NCBI GenBank assembly: GCA_016783065.1
Contig: JADHXI010000001.1
Span: 23,610-87,609, forward strand
Direction: 5' to 3'
Length of the DNA stretch: 64,000 nucleotides
From: Desulfobacteraceae bacterium
Lineage (GTDB): Bacteria; Desulfobacterota; DSM-4660; Desulfatiglandales; Desulfatiglandaceae
Shown piece after piece: positions 36,721 to 46,401 of this stretch. The notes under the pieces are model-generated. The model had not been told where the DNA came from and made no database searches. It saw only the letters and a list, made by a program, of their open reading frames with translations. The translations under genes and the position numbers were made by a program. How positions within the stretch are numbered: the stretch's first letter is position 1; each line of letters starts with the position of its first letter.

Positions 36721-36746
36721 CTTTGTTCAAGCCGGCGCGGGGTAAC

Positions 36747-37000
36747 TCTCAATAAATTCTGGCACCGTGGGGTTCAGCTGTTTCTCTCCGGCGCTCTCTA
36801 AACCTGTCGTGGTAGCGTGGCTGATATTTGGGGTTTTGACAAAAGTTCGGAGAAGCCAACAAGGGTTCATTGGGAGAAAACCCCAAATATCAGCCACTGC
36901 GAAAGTGAGAAGCAAATCCACTTTGAGAGAGCGCCTTCAAGAAACACCCGAACCCCACTCCATAAATTCTATTATTTCTCCCGGATTTATTGAAGTTACC
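36747..37000. repeat. ~250-bp nested-palindrome repeat, copy 1
   Basis: About 85% identical by eye to 41035-41279. Inner perfect 21-bp stem GTGGCTGATATTTGGGGTTTT (36817-37) / AAAACCCCAAATATCAGCCAC (36877-97). Outer ~37-bp imperfect arms (36767-36803 / 36921-36957). Confidence 0.65.
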
Positions 37001-37043
37001 GCTCAGGATGGGATTGGCTACACAAAACGCTCGAAATGACGCC

Positions 37044-37784
37044 CTACCACTTCCAATCCAGACTTGACTCGTCAATATCGAAAGTGAGAAGCGCTTCGTC
37101 TGTCTCGCCTGCTTCATTGATGACAACACCGTTTGGTCCGACGATAAGGCTGTGGCCCAGGTTGATGTGGCCACGGTATGAACCTACAGCGTTGGCCTTG
37201 CAGACAAAAAGCCCGTTCTCATAAGCCCTGGCAATGGGTAGAGCCCGATTTTTGTCGATTTTTAGACGGGCTTCCATAAGCGGATAATAATGGGCGCAGG
37301 AGATAAAAAGGACGTGTGCCCCCGCTTTCTTGACCTTCCTGGCAAGCGAAGGAAAGCTCTGATCCCGGCAGATGATGGTGCCGAATTTGAGCTTCCCCAT
37401 TTCAAAGATCAGAAGATCCGAACCTGCGGCAAAGTATTCATGCTCGTAGGAAACAAGATTGTTCTTGTGGTAGAGGAGACGTCCTCCGTCGGCTAGGAGT
37501 ATGACCACACTGTTGAAAAGCTGATCATCTGCCCGATAGGGAGTGCCCACCACCAGGCTGATCCCCAGGTCCTTGGCCAGTTTACCGAGTTCATCGATGC
37601 TGTAGATTATTTCTTCCGTTTTGACCTTCAGAAATCCGTCGTAAATATATCCCGTCAGGCTCGTCTCGGGGAAATTCAGGATGTCCACACCCTGTTCCGA
37701 TGCCCTTTTCGTCCACTCGCTGATATTTTTCAGATTCTTTTCAAGGTCATGATAAAGATGAATTTGGGCAGCGCCGATTTTCAC
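37044..37784 (-). CDS. carbon-nitrogen hydrolase (nitrilase superfamily) protein
   Basis: GTG start with an AGAGGG SD. NFPETSL (Glu) and TIICRDQSFP (Cys) triad blocks. Confidence 0.8.
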   Translation of the reverse strand: MKIGAAQIHLYHDLEKNLKNISEWTKRASEQGVDILNFPETSLTGYIYDGFLKVKTEEIIYSIDELGKLAKDLGISLVVGTPYRADDQLFNSVVILLADGGRLLYHKNNLVSYEHEYFAAGSDLLIFEMGKLKFGTIICRDQSFPSLARKVKKAGAHVLFISCAHYYPLMEARLKIDKNRALPIARAYENGLFVCKANAVGSYRGHINLGHSLIVGPNGVVINEAGETDEALLTFDIDESSLDWKW

Positions 37785-37795
37785 AAATAAACCCT

Positions 37796-39358
37796 CTAGC
37801 CCCAGTGTTTGCTCTGAACAGCGGCGATTTTGTCGTAAATATCCGCATCCCGGAGGGCCAGAAATGTGTCTCTGAACACACCAAAGACATCTTGATAAAT
37901 GGCATGGTTTTTCATGTCAGGTTCGATCGAACCAAAAGGATGGACCATATGAGTGACGGCCTCCTCAACGGACCCGAACACTCCGGCTCCGGCGGCACCG
38001 AGGATCGTCGCCCCAAGGGTTGTGCATTCAGATACTTCTAATCTCTCCACGGGTCTTCCATAAACATCCGCCTGGATCTGGTTCCAGAGGGGAGATTTTG
38101 CGCCTCCTCCAGAGAGCCTTATGCTTTCAAATGGTTTTCCCAAGACCGCTTCCATTGCATCAACAATCATCCGGAGTTCATAGGCCCCCCCCTCCATGAT
38201 TGAACGGGCCATCATGGCCCTGTCATGGATGAGAGACAACCCGATCGCGCCGCCGCGGGCATTATCCACATAGTGGGGGGTGACCTGACCTGAAAAAAAG
38301 GGAAAAAAGATGTATCCCTTACAGCCTACAGGTGCTGAAGCCGCCTGGGCGCTGATAATGTCGTAGGAATCCATTTCGAGTTCCTGTGCGGTGTGTCTTT
38401 CAACCTGAGCATAGGTGTCCCGCCACCACCGCAGACACACTCCGGTCGCGAATGCAAGCCCTTCCATATCCCATTTGTTAGGGATGGCCGAGCCTCCCAT
38501 AAGGACCAAATGTTCCGGATCGGGCTTTCTGGAGTCGATGTGGGCTACCATCACCGAGGCGGTTCCGATGGTTATTTCGGCCAACCCTTCCCGGATTACC
38601 CCCGCACCGATAGCTGCGCACTGCTGGTCGCCGCCCCCGAAACAGATGGGCATGCCTTTGGCAAAGCCGGATGCCTCAGAAGCTTCCTTCGAAACAACAC
38701 CCACTTGCCTTGCAGGGGTCTTCATCGGGGGAAGTTTTTCCATGGGGAGGCCGATGAGGTCGCAGAGTTCTTTGGACCAGTCAAGCGTGGCAATGTCCAT
38801 CATTCCGTTCAGTGTGATGGATGCCGGGTCAGAAGAGATATCGTCAGCCCCGAATTTGTGAAGAAAAAATTCCTGCCCGTTCACGATTAGGTGGGTCTTT
38901 TCCAGGAGATCGGGTCTTTTGTCCACGACCCATTTCATCTTGGCATAGGACCAGAGGCCTGAGAGAGGGACTCCCGAAATATCATGATACCGGTCCCCTC
39001 CAAGGTTGTCATTTATCCAGTTGAATTCCTCGCCTGCCCTGCCGCAAGACCAGACAATGGAGTCTGCAAGCGGGGTCATGTCCTTGTCCACGCAAACAAA
39101 AGTACCCCGTTGGCTGGAGAACCCCAGCGAGGCAATCTCCTCGGGATTAACCCCTGTTGAAGCAATGACCTCATTGCTTGCTTCACAAAGCCGGGTCCAC
39201 ATAAGTTCCATATCCTGCTCGACCCATCCCGGATGAGGAAAGGCGCAGGGGTATTCTCGGTAGGCCGAACCGATAATATTCCCATCCGTATCTGCAATCA
39301 TGACAGTGACACCCGTGGTGCCAGCATCAATACCGGCTAATAGCTTCTTACCAGCCAT
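37796..39358 (-). CDS. FGGY-family carbohydrate kinase (xylulokinase-like)
   Basis: GGGAGG SD. LLAGIDAGTTGVTVMIAD, HPGWVEQD, LSGGGAKSPLWNQIQADV. Confidence 0.85.
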   Translation of the reverse strand: MAGKKLLAGIDAGTTGVTVMIADTDGNIIGSAYREYPCAFPHPGWVEQDMELMWTRLCEASNEVIASTGVNPEEIASLGFSSQRGTFVCVDKDMTPLADSIVWSCGRAGEEFNWINDNLGGDRYHDISGVPLSGLWSYAKMKWVVDKRPDLLEKTHLIVNGQEFFLHKFGADDISSDPASITLNGMMDIATLDWSKELCDLIGLPMEKLPPMKTPARQVGVVSKEASEASGFAKGMPICFGGGDQQCAAIGAGVIREGLAEITIGTASVMVAHIDSRKPDPEHLVLMGGSAIPNKWDMEGLAFATGVCLRWWRDTYAQVERHTAQELEMDSYDIISAQAASAPVGCKGYIFFPFFSGQVTPHYVDNARGGAIGLSLIHDRAMMARSIMEGGAYELRMIVDAMEAVLGKPFESIRLSGGGAKSPLWNQIQADVYGRPVERLEVSECTTLGATILGAAGAGVFGSVEEAVTHMVHPFGSIEPDMKNHAIYQDVFGVFRDTFLALRDADIYDKIAAVQSKHWG

Positions 39359-39392
39359 TTTCTTGCACCTCCCTTTGATCGGTTTGTGTTAC

Positions 39393-40955
39393 TTATGTTT
39401 GAGGCCCTGGAGGGACTAGATTGTCGTGGAGCGACTGGATACGGTCAAAGCAGTCAAGAAGGGGACCATTGAGTATTTCATTTCTCGCGTCGGCCATTTT
39501 TTCGTAAAAGGCGGTGAACTCAGGTCTCGGCTGAAAGGTCTCTTTGAATGTCACCCATTCCTTGATCGTTTCTTTCATGTCTTTGATTGCACCGACGCCA
39601 TAGGCCGCAAGCAGGGCATTTCCCATCACCGCGCCTTCCGATTGAGAAGGGATAAGATATTCAAGATCCATCATGTCGGCCTTTATCTGATTCCAGATCC
39701 GGCTGTTGCTCCCCCCGCCTGCCCCGATCATCTGGTTGACCGGAAATCCCTCGTCCCTCAAAACATGGGTCCAGTAAAGATATTCAAAGGCGACGGACTC
39801 CAGCATCGATCGCCAGACATGGCCGGCCTGGTTCGATCCCCTTAGCCCCAACCATGTGCCGCTGGCCGTTGGCCAGAAAGGAGAACTCCTTCCCTGTAAA
39901 AAGGGGAAAAACATGGCAAAATCAGAACCCGCCGGGACTTTTTCCGCCAGCTTGTCCAGTTCACGGTAGACTTCGTCAACACCCGGCTTCCTGTAGACCT
40001 CGTCCCGATACCAGCGCAAGCTGAGCCCTCCGGCGGGGATAAACGCCCACAGGAGGTATTGGTCGTCAAAGGTGTTCATTGCGTTTACAAGGACCTTCTT
40101 TTGGGTAATGGCCGGGTCCACATCGCTGAGCGCAAAGGCAGCGATGGAAGCGGTGCCTGCCACATCAAAAGACATCCCCACATCGGTCAGGCCGCACCCC
40201 AGACAGGATTGCATGATATCGCCCGCGCCTGCAACCAGAGGAATCCCGGGTTTCAGACCTAGGACCGAGGCCTCCTCAGGACAGAGTTCGCCCACCACTT
40301 CCCAGGGTTTTACCACACGGGGCAGAATTTCATAGGGCAGGCCCAGAATTTCGATCTGCTTCTCAGACCAGTCTCGTTTTTTGGCATCAAATCCGATGAC
40401 CCATCCCGACTGATGAGCCCAATCCACAAAGGCGTCTTTGGCCTTGAGAGCCCCGAATTTACCCATCACGTAATGGGCGGCCCCCACGACTTTCTCGGCT
40501 TCTTTGCGGACCTCAGGCATATTGGCCAGAACCCATTTTAAAATTACCGGCGGCATATAGGCGCCAGGTTCGGCATTTCCGCTTTCCTCAGCCCAAAGGG
40601 GATCGGCATCCTTGAGATCCTGGACCTCTTTTTGCGCCCGCCCGTCCAGATAAGGAATATAGGGACCCAGTGCCCTCCAATCAGAATCAATGGGAACGAT
40701 GCCGCAGATGATACCGCTGCAGCTAATGCCGCCCACTTCACCGGGGTCCACCTTTCCGGTCGTGATGCATTCCTTGATTCCTTCTCTCACCACCCGATAA
40801 AACTGCTCAGCCTCCATCTCGGCCCAACCCGGTTTGGGGTAGAGGATTTCATGCTCACGATAGGCATCCGCTACAAGCTCTCCATCAATGGTGTAGATGG
40901 CCACCTTTGTGCCCATGGTTCCGCAATCATAACCGATATAATAGGGTTTTGTCAT
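39393..40955 (-). CDS. FGGY-family carbohydrate kinase (divergent)
   Basis: Start set to ATG 40955 (MTKPYYIGYDCGTMGTK) with a GAGGAGG SD. GAGGGSNSRIWNQIKADM. Confidence 0.8.
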   Translation of the reverse strand: MTKPYYIGYDCGTMGTKVAIYTIDGELVADAYREHEILYPKPGWAEMEAEQFYRVVREGIKECITTGKVDPGEVGGISCSGIICGIVPIDSDWRALGPYIPYLDGRAQKEVQDLKDADPLWAEESGNAEPGAYMPPVILKWVLANMPEVRKEAEKVVGAAHYVMGKFGALKAKDAFVDWAHQSGWVIGFDAKKRDWSEKQIEILGLPYEILPRVVKPWEVVGELCPEEASVLGLKPGIPLVAGAGDIMQSCLGCGLTDVGMSFDVAGTASIAAFALSDVDPAITQKKVLVNAMNTFDDQYLLWAFIPAGGLSLRWYRDEVYRKPGVDEVYRELDKLAEKVPAGSDFAMFFPFLQGRSSPFWPTASGTWLGLRGSNQAGHVWRSMLESVAFEYLYWTHVLRDEGFPVNQMIGAGGGSNSRIWNQIKADMMDLEYLIPSQSEGAVMGNALLAAYGVGAIKDMKETIKEWVTFKETFQPRPEFTAFYEKMADARNEILNGPLLDCFDRIQSLHDNLVPPGPQT

Positions 40956-41034
40956 TGTCTCTGCCTCCTCACGGGTCTTGAGCCTCACCCACTCCTTTTC
41001 TTCTGCAACGGGTCATTTTGTAGGTTCTCAATAA

Positions 41035-41279
41035 TCTCGGGTACCGTGGGGTTCGGCTATTTCTTTCAGGCGCTCTCTAAACCTATAGTCGCAGCGTGGC
41101 TGATATTTGGGGTTTTGCCAAAAGCATGGAGAAGCTAATATGGCTTATCAGGAGAAAACCCCAAATATCAACCACTGCCAACATGGGAAGTAAATTCACT
41201 TTGAGAGAGCGCCTTCAAGAAACACCCGAACCCCACTCCAGAAATTCTATTATTTCTCCCGGACTTATTGAGAAGTTAC
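41035..41279. repeat. ~250-bp nested-palindrome repeat, copy 2
   Basis: Same element as 36747-37000. It lies inside a co-directional gene string between the ABC ATPase stop (41290) and the FGGY kinase start (40955). Confidence 0.65.
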
Positions 41280-41289
41280 AAAAAATGCC

Positions 41290-42405
41290 TCAAAAATAGG
41301 CCTCTTGGGTTTCCCGATTGAACAGATGCATCTTGTTCTTCATTGTTTCGAGCCATACCCTATTGCCCATCCTGATATCCAGATCCACAGAGGTCTTGAG
41401 CTTTAGCTTATTATTGGGAATGGTCACATCCACAATCATATCCTCTCCCAACGGCTCTGTAACATAGACCTCTCCCCAGAAGCCCTCTCCTCTTGCCTTT
41501 TCACCGGAAATCACGAAATTCTCTGGTCTGACACCCAATACCACCTCCAGGGGTCTGGAGGACGGATCTCCGTTTTTTTTCTTGAATTTTTCTATCAAGT
41601 CAGGGGGCAAGTTGATCTTGAACGATTCGTTTATCAAATTCCATGAATCTCCACTGACCTCCAGACCGCAATCAATAAAGTTCATAGGGGGGTCGCCAAC
41701 AAACCCGGCCACAAATTGATTTACAGGCTGGTTAAAGATCTCATCCGGTGTTCCAACCTGCTGAAGAAGTCCGAGATCCATAATTGCGATGCGATCGGCC
41801 ATACTCATGGCCTCCAGTTGGTCATGTGTCACATAGATCATGGTTGATTCGAGGACTTTTTGGAGATGTTTCAACTCCCCTCGCATATGGGTTCGGAGTT
41901 TGGCATCAAGATGGGATATGGGTTCGTCCATGAGAAAGACCTGAGGCTCCCGCACAATTGCCCGTCCAATAGCAACCCGCTGGCGCTGTCCGCCTGAGAG
42001 TTGTTTGGGATAGCGATCAAGGAGTTCTGAGATTTCAAGGATTTTCGCCGCCTTCTGCACCCGTTCCTTTATCTCCGAATGGGAATAGTTGCGTTTTCCC
42101 ACACGGAGAGGAAAAGCCATATTTGCATAGACCGTCTTGTGCGGGTAAAGGGCGTAAGTCTCGAAGACCATGGCGATATCGCGATCCTTTGGTTCCACCT
42201 CATTAATCACGTTGTCTCCGATCAGAATTTCGCCCTCGGAAATCTCCTCCAGGCCTGCAATCATCCTCAAGGTCGAGGATTTTCCGCATCCCGAAGGTCC
42301 GAGAAGGCAGAAAAACTCTTTGTCCTTACATTCAAGAGACAGATCGATGACAGCCTCAATCTTTCCATACAGTTTCCAAACATTGGTGAGTGTCACTTTC
42401 GCCAA
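41290..42405 (-). CDS. ABC transporter ATP-binding protein (MalK/UgpC-like)
   Basis: Walker A GPSGCGKSS, LSGGQRQR, FLMDEP. Start set to TTG 42405 (..AKVTLTNV) 5 nt after AGGAGG. The upstream ATG lies within or before the SD. Confidence 0.85.
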   Translation of the reverse strand: MAKVTLTNVWKLYGKIEAVIDLSLECKDKEFFCLLGPSGCGKSSTLRMIAGLEEISEGEILIGDNVINEVEPKDRDIAMVFETYALYPHKTVYANMAFPLRVGKRNYSHSEIKERVQKAAKILEISELLDRYPKQLSGGQRQRVAIGRAIVREPQVFLMDEPISHLDAKLRTHMRGELKHLQKVLESTMIYVTHDQLEAMSMADRIAIMDLGLLQQVGTPDEIFNQPVNQFVAGFVGDPPMNFIDCGLEVSGDSWNLINESFKINLPPDLIEKFKKKNGDPSSRPLEVVLGVRPENFVISGEKARGEGFWGEVYVTEPLGEDMIVDVTIPNNKLKLKTSVDLDIRMGNRVWLETMKNKMHLFNRETQEAYF

Positions 42406-42463
42406 AACGAACCTCCTAAGACATAAATTCACATATATCCGGCTGAATCATAAATTTCGTTTC

Positions 42464-43363
42464 TTATTGCCGTACAGCCCCCATGGTCATCCCCTGGACC
42501 AAATATTTTTTCACCAGCAGGCCCAGGAACAACATGGGTACCACCAGAAGGGTTCCTGAGGCCAGGATACCGCCCCACTCAATGCTTACCGTACTGTGCA
42601 GTTCTGACGTGGCCACGGGAAGCGTCTTGGCCGCCTGTTGGCCGAAAATGCTGGCAAAGATAAAGTCATTCCACGAAAAGATAAGGCACAGGATCAGCGC
42701 TGCCACTATTCCCGGCATGGCAAGAGGCAAAATGATCTTTCTAAAGGCCTTCAGATTGGAACAACCATCTACTTTGGCTGCCTCTTCAAGTTCGACCGGG
42801 ATATCTTCAAAAAAGCTTCTCATAAACCATACCGCAAACGGTAGATCAAAGGTTGTATAAGCCAGAATGAGACCAAGTAGATTCCGCCACCGGGATGGCT
42901 CCAAGAGACCCAAACCAGTGAAGATGGAATAAAGGGGTACCATTACGGCCACCACAGGGGCCATCCTGGTGGAAAGGATCCAGAATGAAAGATGCTGTTC
43001 CCCCGGGATCTTTCCCCGGGCCAGTCCGTATGCAGCGAGGGATCCTAACGACACAGCAATGATTGATGCACTCCCCGAGGCGATAACACTATTAAGAATA
43101 AACTGCGCAAAATGCTCTTTTGTGAAAAGATCTGTATAATGGTGAAACGTGGGCGAAAAACTGGCTATCTTTAGGGCACCTAACCAGTCTCCCACCTGGG
43201 GGATCTGAAAGGCATCGCGGTGTTCTTTAATAGAGGAAAGGGCCATAATTAGCAGGGGGAGGGTCGTCCAGAGGAAAAAGGCGGCGATCGCAATATACAT
43301 GAGCGTTCGCCAAAAGGCCCTCTTTCTTTTCGCCGCCTTGGAGACCAGTTCTGTCCTAGCCAC
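42464..43363 (-). CDS. ABC transporter permease
   Basis: EAA-loop EAAKVDGCSNLKAFRKIILPLAMPG. 8-nt overlap with the upstream permease. Confidence 0.85.
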   Translation of the reverse strand: MARTELVSKAAKRKRAFWRTLMYIAIAAFFLWTTLPLLIMALSSIKEHRDAFQIPQVGDWLGALKIASFSPTFHHYTDLFTKEHFAQFILNSVIASGSASIIAVSLGSLAAYGLARGKIPGEQHLSFWILSTRMAPVVAVMVPLYSIFTGLGLLEPSRWRNLLGLILAYTTFDLPFAVWFMRSFFEDIPVELEEAAKVDGCSNLKAFRKIILPLAMPGIVAALILCLIFSWNDFIFASIFGQQAAKTLPVATSELHSTVSIEWGGILASGTLLVVPMLFLGLLVKKYLVQGMTMGAVRQ

Positions 43364-44351
43364 TGTTAGACACCTCCTTCTTCTTTTTGAAGACTACATT
43401 CACGAAAAACAGTCCCATAAAAATGGTAAACAGGAGCAGTATAAAACCGATTGCCGCCCCCCGTCCGAACTCAAAATAGCGGAAGGAAACATTGTAAAGG
43501 TAAAAGGGAAGGATCTTGGTGGTGTCGGCCGGTCCGCCTTTTGTGAGCACATAAATGAGATCGATATATCTGACATTGTCCATGAAGCGTACCACAAGGG
43601 CAATGAGCAATACGGATTTGATGTTGGGCAGCGTCACTTCCAGGAATGTTCGAACCGGTCCTGCACCGTCAACCCTGGCGGCCTCCAACTGGTCCTGGGG
43701 TACCGCCTTGAGTCCTGCCAGGACAATCAGGATGATCAAGGGAGTCCACTCCCAGACATCTGCCGCTACCACGGCCATAAACGCAGTGGACGGAAAAAAT
43801 GAGAACAGCCATGGTTTGGCATTTGCCAGGATGGTTTCGCCTGACATCAAACCCGAAGATTTGAGCAGCCAATAACCCCAGCCAAAGGAGACATTATACA
43901 AAAAGCGGAACAGATAACCCACGATAATAGGGGCCACCATCATGGGCATGATAAAGATGATTATGAAGAAATTCTCCCATTTGACGTTGTTTATTAAAAG
44001 CGCCACACTTGTCCCGACAAGCACTTCAATGGACAGGCAGAGGAGGAAGTACCAGAGAAGCAGCTTGACGCCGTTTATAAACGGCTCATCATCAAGAAGA
44101 CGCGTATAGTTGTACAGGCCGACCCAGATATCGCTCTCCCCGGGATTCATGGCGGTCTCTTTGAAGCTCATGACTATCATCCAGATAAAGGGATAGATGG
44201 TGATGGCGGCAAGTACGATAATGGTCGGCAGCATGATCCAGAGATGGAAGGGGAGCATCCCCTTTATCCTGTCAAACAAGCGGGAAAAAGCATTTTCACT
44301 TTGCAGGGGTGATACATTCTGGCTCATTGTCCCATCTTTCAAGTGGGCCAT
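43356..44351 (-). CDS. ABC transporter permease
   Basis: EAA-loop EAARVDGAGPVRTFLEVTLPN. Multi-TM profile. Confidence 0.85.
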   Translation of the reverse strand: MAHLKDGTMSQNVSPLQSENAFSRLFDRIKGMLPFHLWIMLPTIIVLAAITIYPFIWMIVMSFKETAMNPGESDIWVGLYNYTRLLDDEPFINGVKLLLWYFLLCLSIEVLVGTSVALLINNVKWENFFIIIFIMPMMVAPIIVGYLFRFLYNVSFGWGYWLLKSSGLMSGETILANAKPWLFSFFPSTAFMAVVAADVWEWTPLIILIVLAGLKAVPQDQLEAARVDGAGPVRTFLEVTLPNIKSVLLIALVVRFMDNVRYIDLIYVLTKGGPADTTKILPFYLYNVSFRYFEFGRGAAIGFILLLFTIFMGLFFVNVVFKKKKEVSNSG

Positions 44352-44451
44352 AACGTTTCTCTCATTTTATTTATTTATCATTTACCCAAAGCCAAAAAAA
44401 GCTGGGCCGGGGCCTGGCATCTCTCCCCGTCCCAGCTCAAGAAGCCTGGCT

Positions 44452-45987
44452 CTACACACGGAAAAGCCTGTCCGTTTTCTTCTTTATCTCCAGACACGCC
44501 TCTTTTGGTGACTTGAGGCCGGCGACGCATTTCTGGATTTCTGAGGTCTGGATCTGGATATATTCGTTGAATTTGGGAACCTTGGGCCCCACGACGGTGT
44601 CTGGTTTCCAGATCCCTTTCAAGATGGGGCCGTAGGTCAAGGCATTGGGCATCAGGGGAACTTTGTCCACCATTACGCCCTTGTCCATCTCAACAGGCTT
44701 GATCTTTTTCATGGGAGCCGTCGCACGGACAAAGGCCTTTTTCACATCCGGCATCTCAAATACCGATTTTCGGGTCGGGGTGCCGCCCACGTCTTTCAGC
44801 ACCATGTACTGGGTATCGTGAGAAGTGGACCAGAGGGCGAAAAGATAGGCTGCCTTCTGCAGTTCCGGTTTGGCCCAGTGGTTGATGGCGATACCGCCGA
44901 TGCCAAAATTTGTACCGTTAACCGCCTTCCCGTTCCCGACAATCCAGGAAGGATCTCCCTTGGGACACAGGTCATAGACAGTACGTCCTCCGGCGGCCTT
45001 TGACTGCTTGGGGTCTTCCACCACGGCCGCAAACTCGCCGTACTGGGGCTGCATGGCCGCCAGACCGGTGATATAGGCTGTGTTGGCGCCAGACCAGTCG
45101 TTTGTAAGGGAGTCAGGGTGAGCATATTTCATGAGTTCCTTATAATTACCCATTGTCATAATGGACTGCTCATCCCCCCACTTGCAGGGTCCGGGATTTA
45201 CGGCGCCAAAATAGTCGTCAAAATCCCATTCCAGCCACATGCCGTTGGCGTAGGAGACCCTCTGGTAATCAAGTTGGCCGCCCCAGCCCTCTCTGCCCTG
45301 CAGGGCAATTCCGTATTTCACGTCCGGGAACTTCGCCTTCTTGAAGAATTTACAGATTTCCAATACCTCCTTCCAGGTGGTCTTATCGGTGTAAACAAGG
45401 GGTTTCCCGGTCTCTGCCTCGAAATTGGGAGAGTACTTCTCAAACAGGTCCTTACGGTACATCATGACCGCCACTGCGTTGTCGTAAGGATAGGCAGCGA
45501 TTTTGGGATCGTCATAGAAACGCCCGGTTATATCCAGAAAGCGGTGTAACCAGACGTCACTCCCTGTTCCATCCGGGACCTTGGGCAGGGTCGGATCCTT
45601 CTCAAATTTACGCAGGTCTTCGGCATGTTTGTAAAAGGGAGCGCCGATCGGCTTGTCCTGGGAGTAGTAACAGGCATAGGCGCCTTTTCTACCCCTCACA
45701 TCAATGCCCACCTTTTCCGCGACGATATCCAGATGCTCTTCGATAATCTCGATGTCTATACCCGTGAGTTCCAGAAACGGCTTGATCTTTGACTTGATCG
45801 CCGCTGTTGGAGGTGTATCCTCCGACATAAACACAATCTTTGAGCCGGCAAACTGTTTCCATTTCTTGTCGTCTGATGCGTGGGCAAGTTGCGTTAAACC
45901 CAACGGCGATTTAACGATATGCCCGCCTACCAGAACCAAACCTCCGAGACCGATTTTCTTAAGTGCCTCGCGTCGAGTTACGTCCAT
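44452..45987 (-). CDS. ABC transporter substrate-binding protein with Tat-type signal
   Basis: AAGGAGGG SD. N-terminus MDVTRREALKKIGLGGLVLVGG...AHA has a twin-Arg motif. 511 aa, CUT1-type SBP. Confidence 0.8.
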   Translation of the reverse strand: MDVTRREALKKIGLGGLVLVGGHIVKSPLGLTQLAHASDDKKWKQFAGSKIVFMSEDTPPTAAIKSKIKPFLELTGIDIEIIEEHLDIVAEKVGIDVRGRKGAYACYYSQDKPIGAPFYKHAEDLRKFEKDPTLPKVPDGTGSDVWLHRFLDITGRFYDDPKIAAYPYDNAVAVMMYRKDLFEKYSPNFEAETGKPLVYTDKTTWKEVLEICKFFKKAKFPDVKYGIALQGREGWGGQLDYQRVSYANGMWLEWDFDDYFGAVNPGPCKWGDEQSIMTMGNYKELMKYAHPDSLTNDWSGANTAYITGLAAMQPQYGEFAAVVEDPKQSKAAGGRTVYDLCPKGDPSWIVGNGKAVNGTNFGIGGIAINHWAKPELQKAAYLFALWSTSHDTQYMVLKDVGGTPTRKSVFEMPDVKKAFVRATAPMKKIKPVEMDKGVMVDKVPLMPNALTYGPILKGIWKPDTVVGPKVPKFNEYIQIQTSEIQKCVAGLKSPKEACLEIKKKTDRLFRV

Positions 45988-46401
45988 CGCATACCCTCCT
46001 TTTCTAAGTGTTAAAGGTTTAAGAATGTTAAACAGACTCGCCCCAGCTCTAGGCCGGGGCCCCGCCCTCCCTCAAAATCCAAAGACCGCTCATTTCGGAT
46101 TTTGTTGACCATTATGATCAAAATTTCTAGAATGTAGCAGTATTATTATGTTATTAGATTGTCAAGTGATAATTTTTTCCCGAAACACCAAAATCCGCCA
46201 TTGTCCACAGAAAGGCCGTGAGACCCATGGGCGGCGTCAATTTTCTATTCAAATCCTTGGACTTCAGACCTCAAAGGGTATATAAGGCAGAGGTTCCGAG
46301 TCTCGTTTGAACTGATTTGATGAGACACATGCTTTAACTGGCGGCGGTGCCACCTATGGAATGGCACAACACTTTAACAACCTGATTACGGAGAGCGAAC
46401 G

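Noticed and set aside
36727-37039. ORFs 36767-37039(+), 36727-36921(-) and 41096-41299(+)
   Set aside because: They lie entirely within the two copies of the 250-bp nested palindrome. The similarity between copies is at nucleotide level, including non-coding-like indels, and there is no SD.
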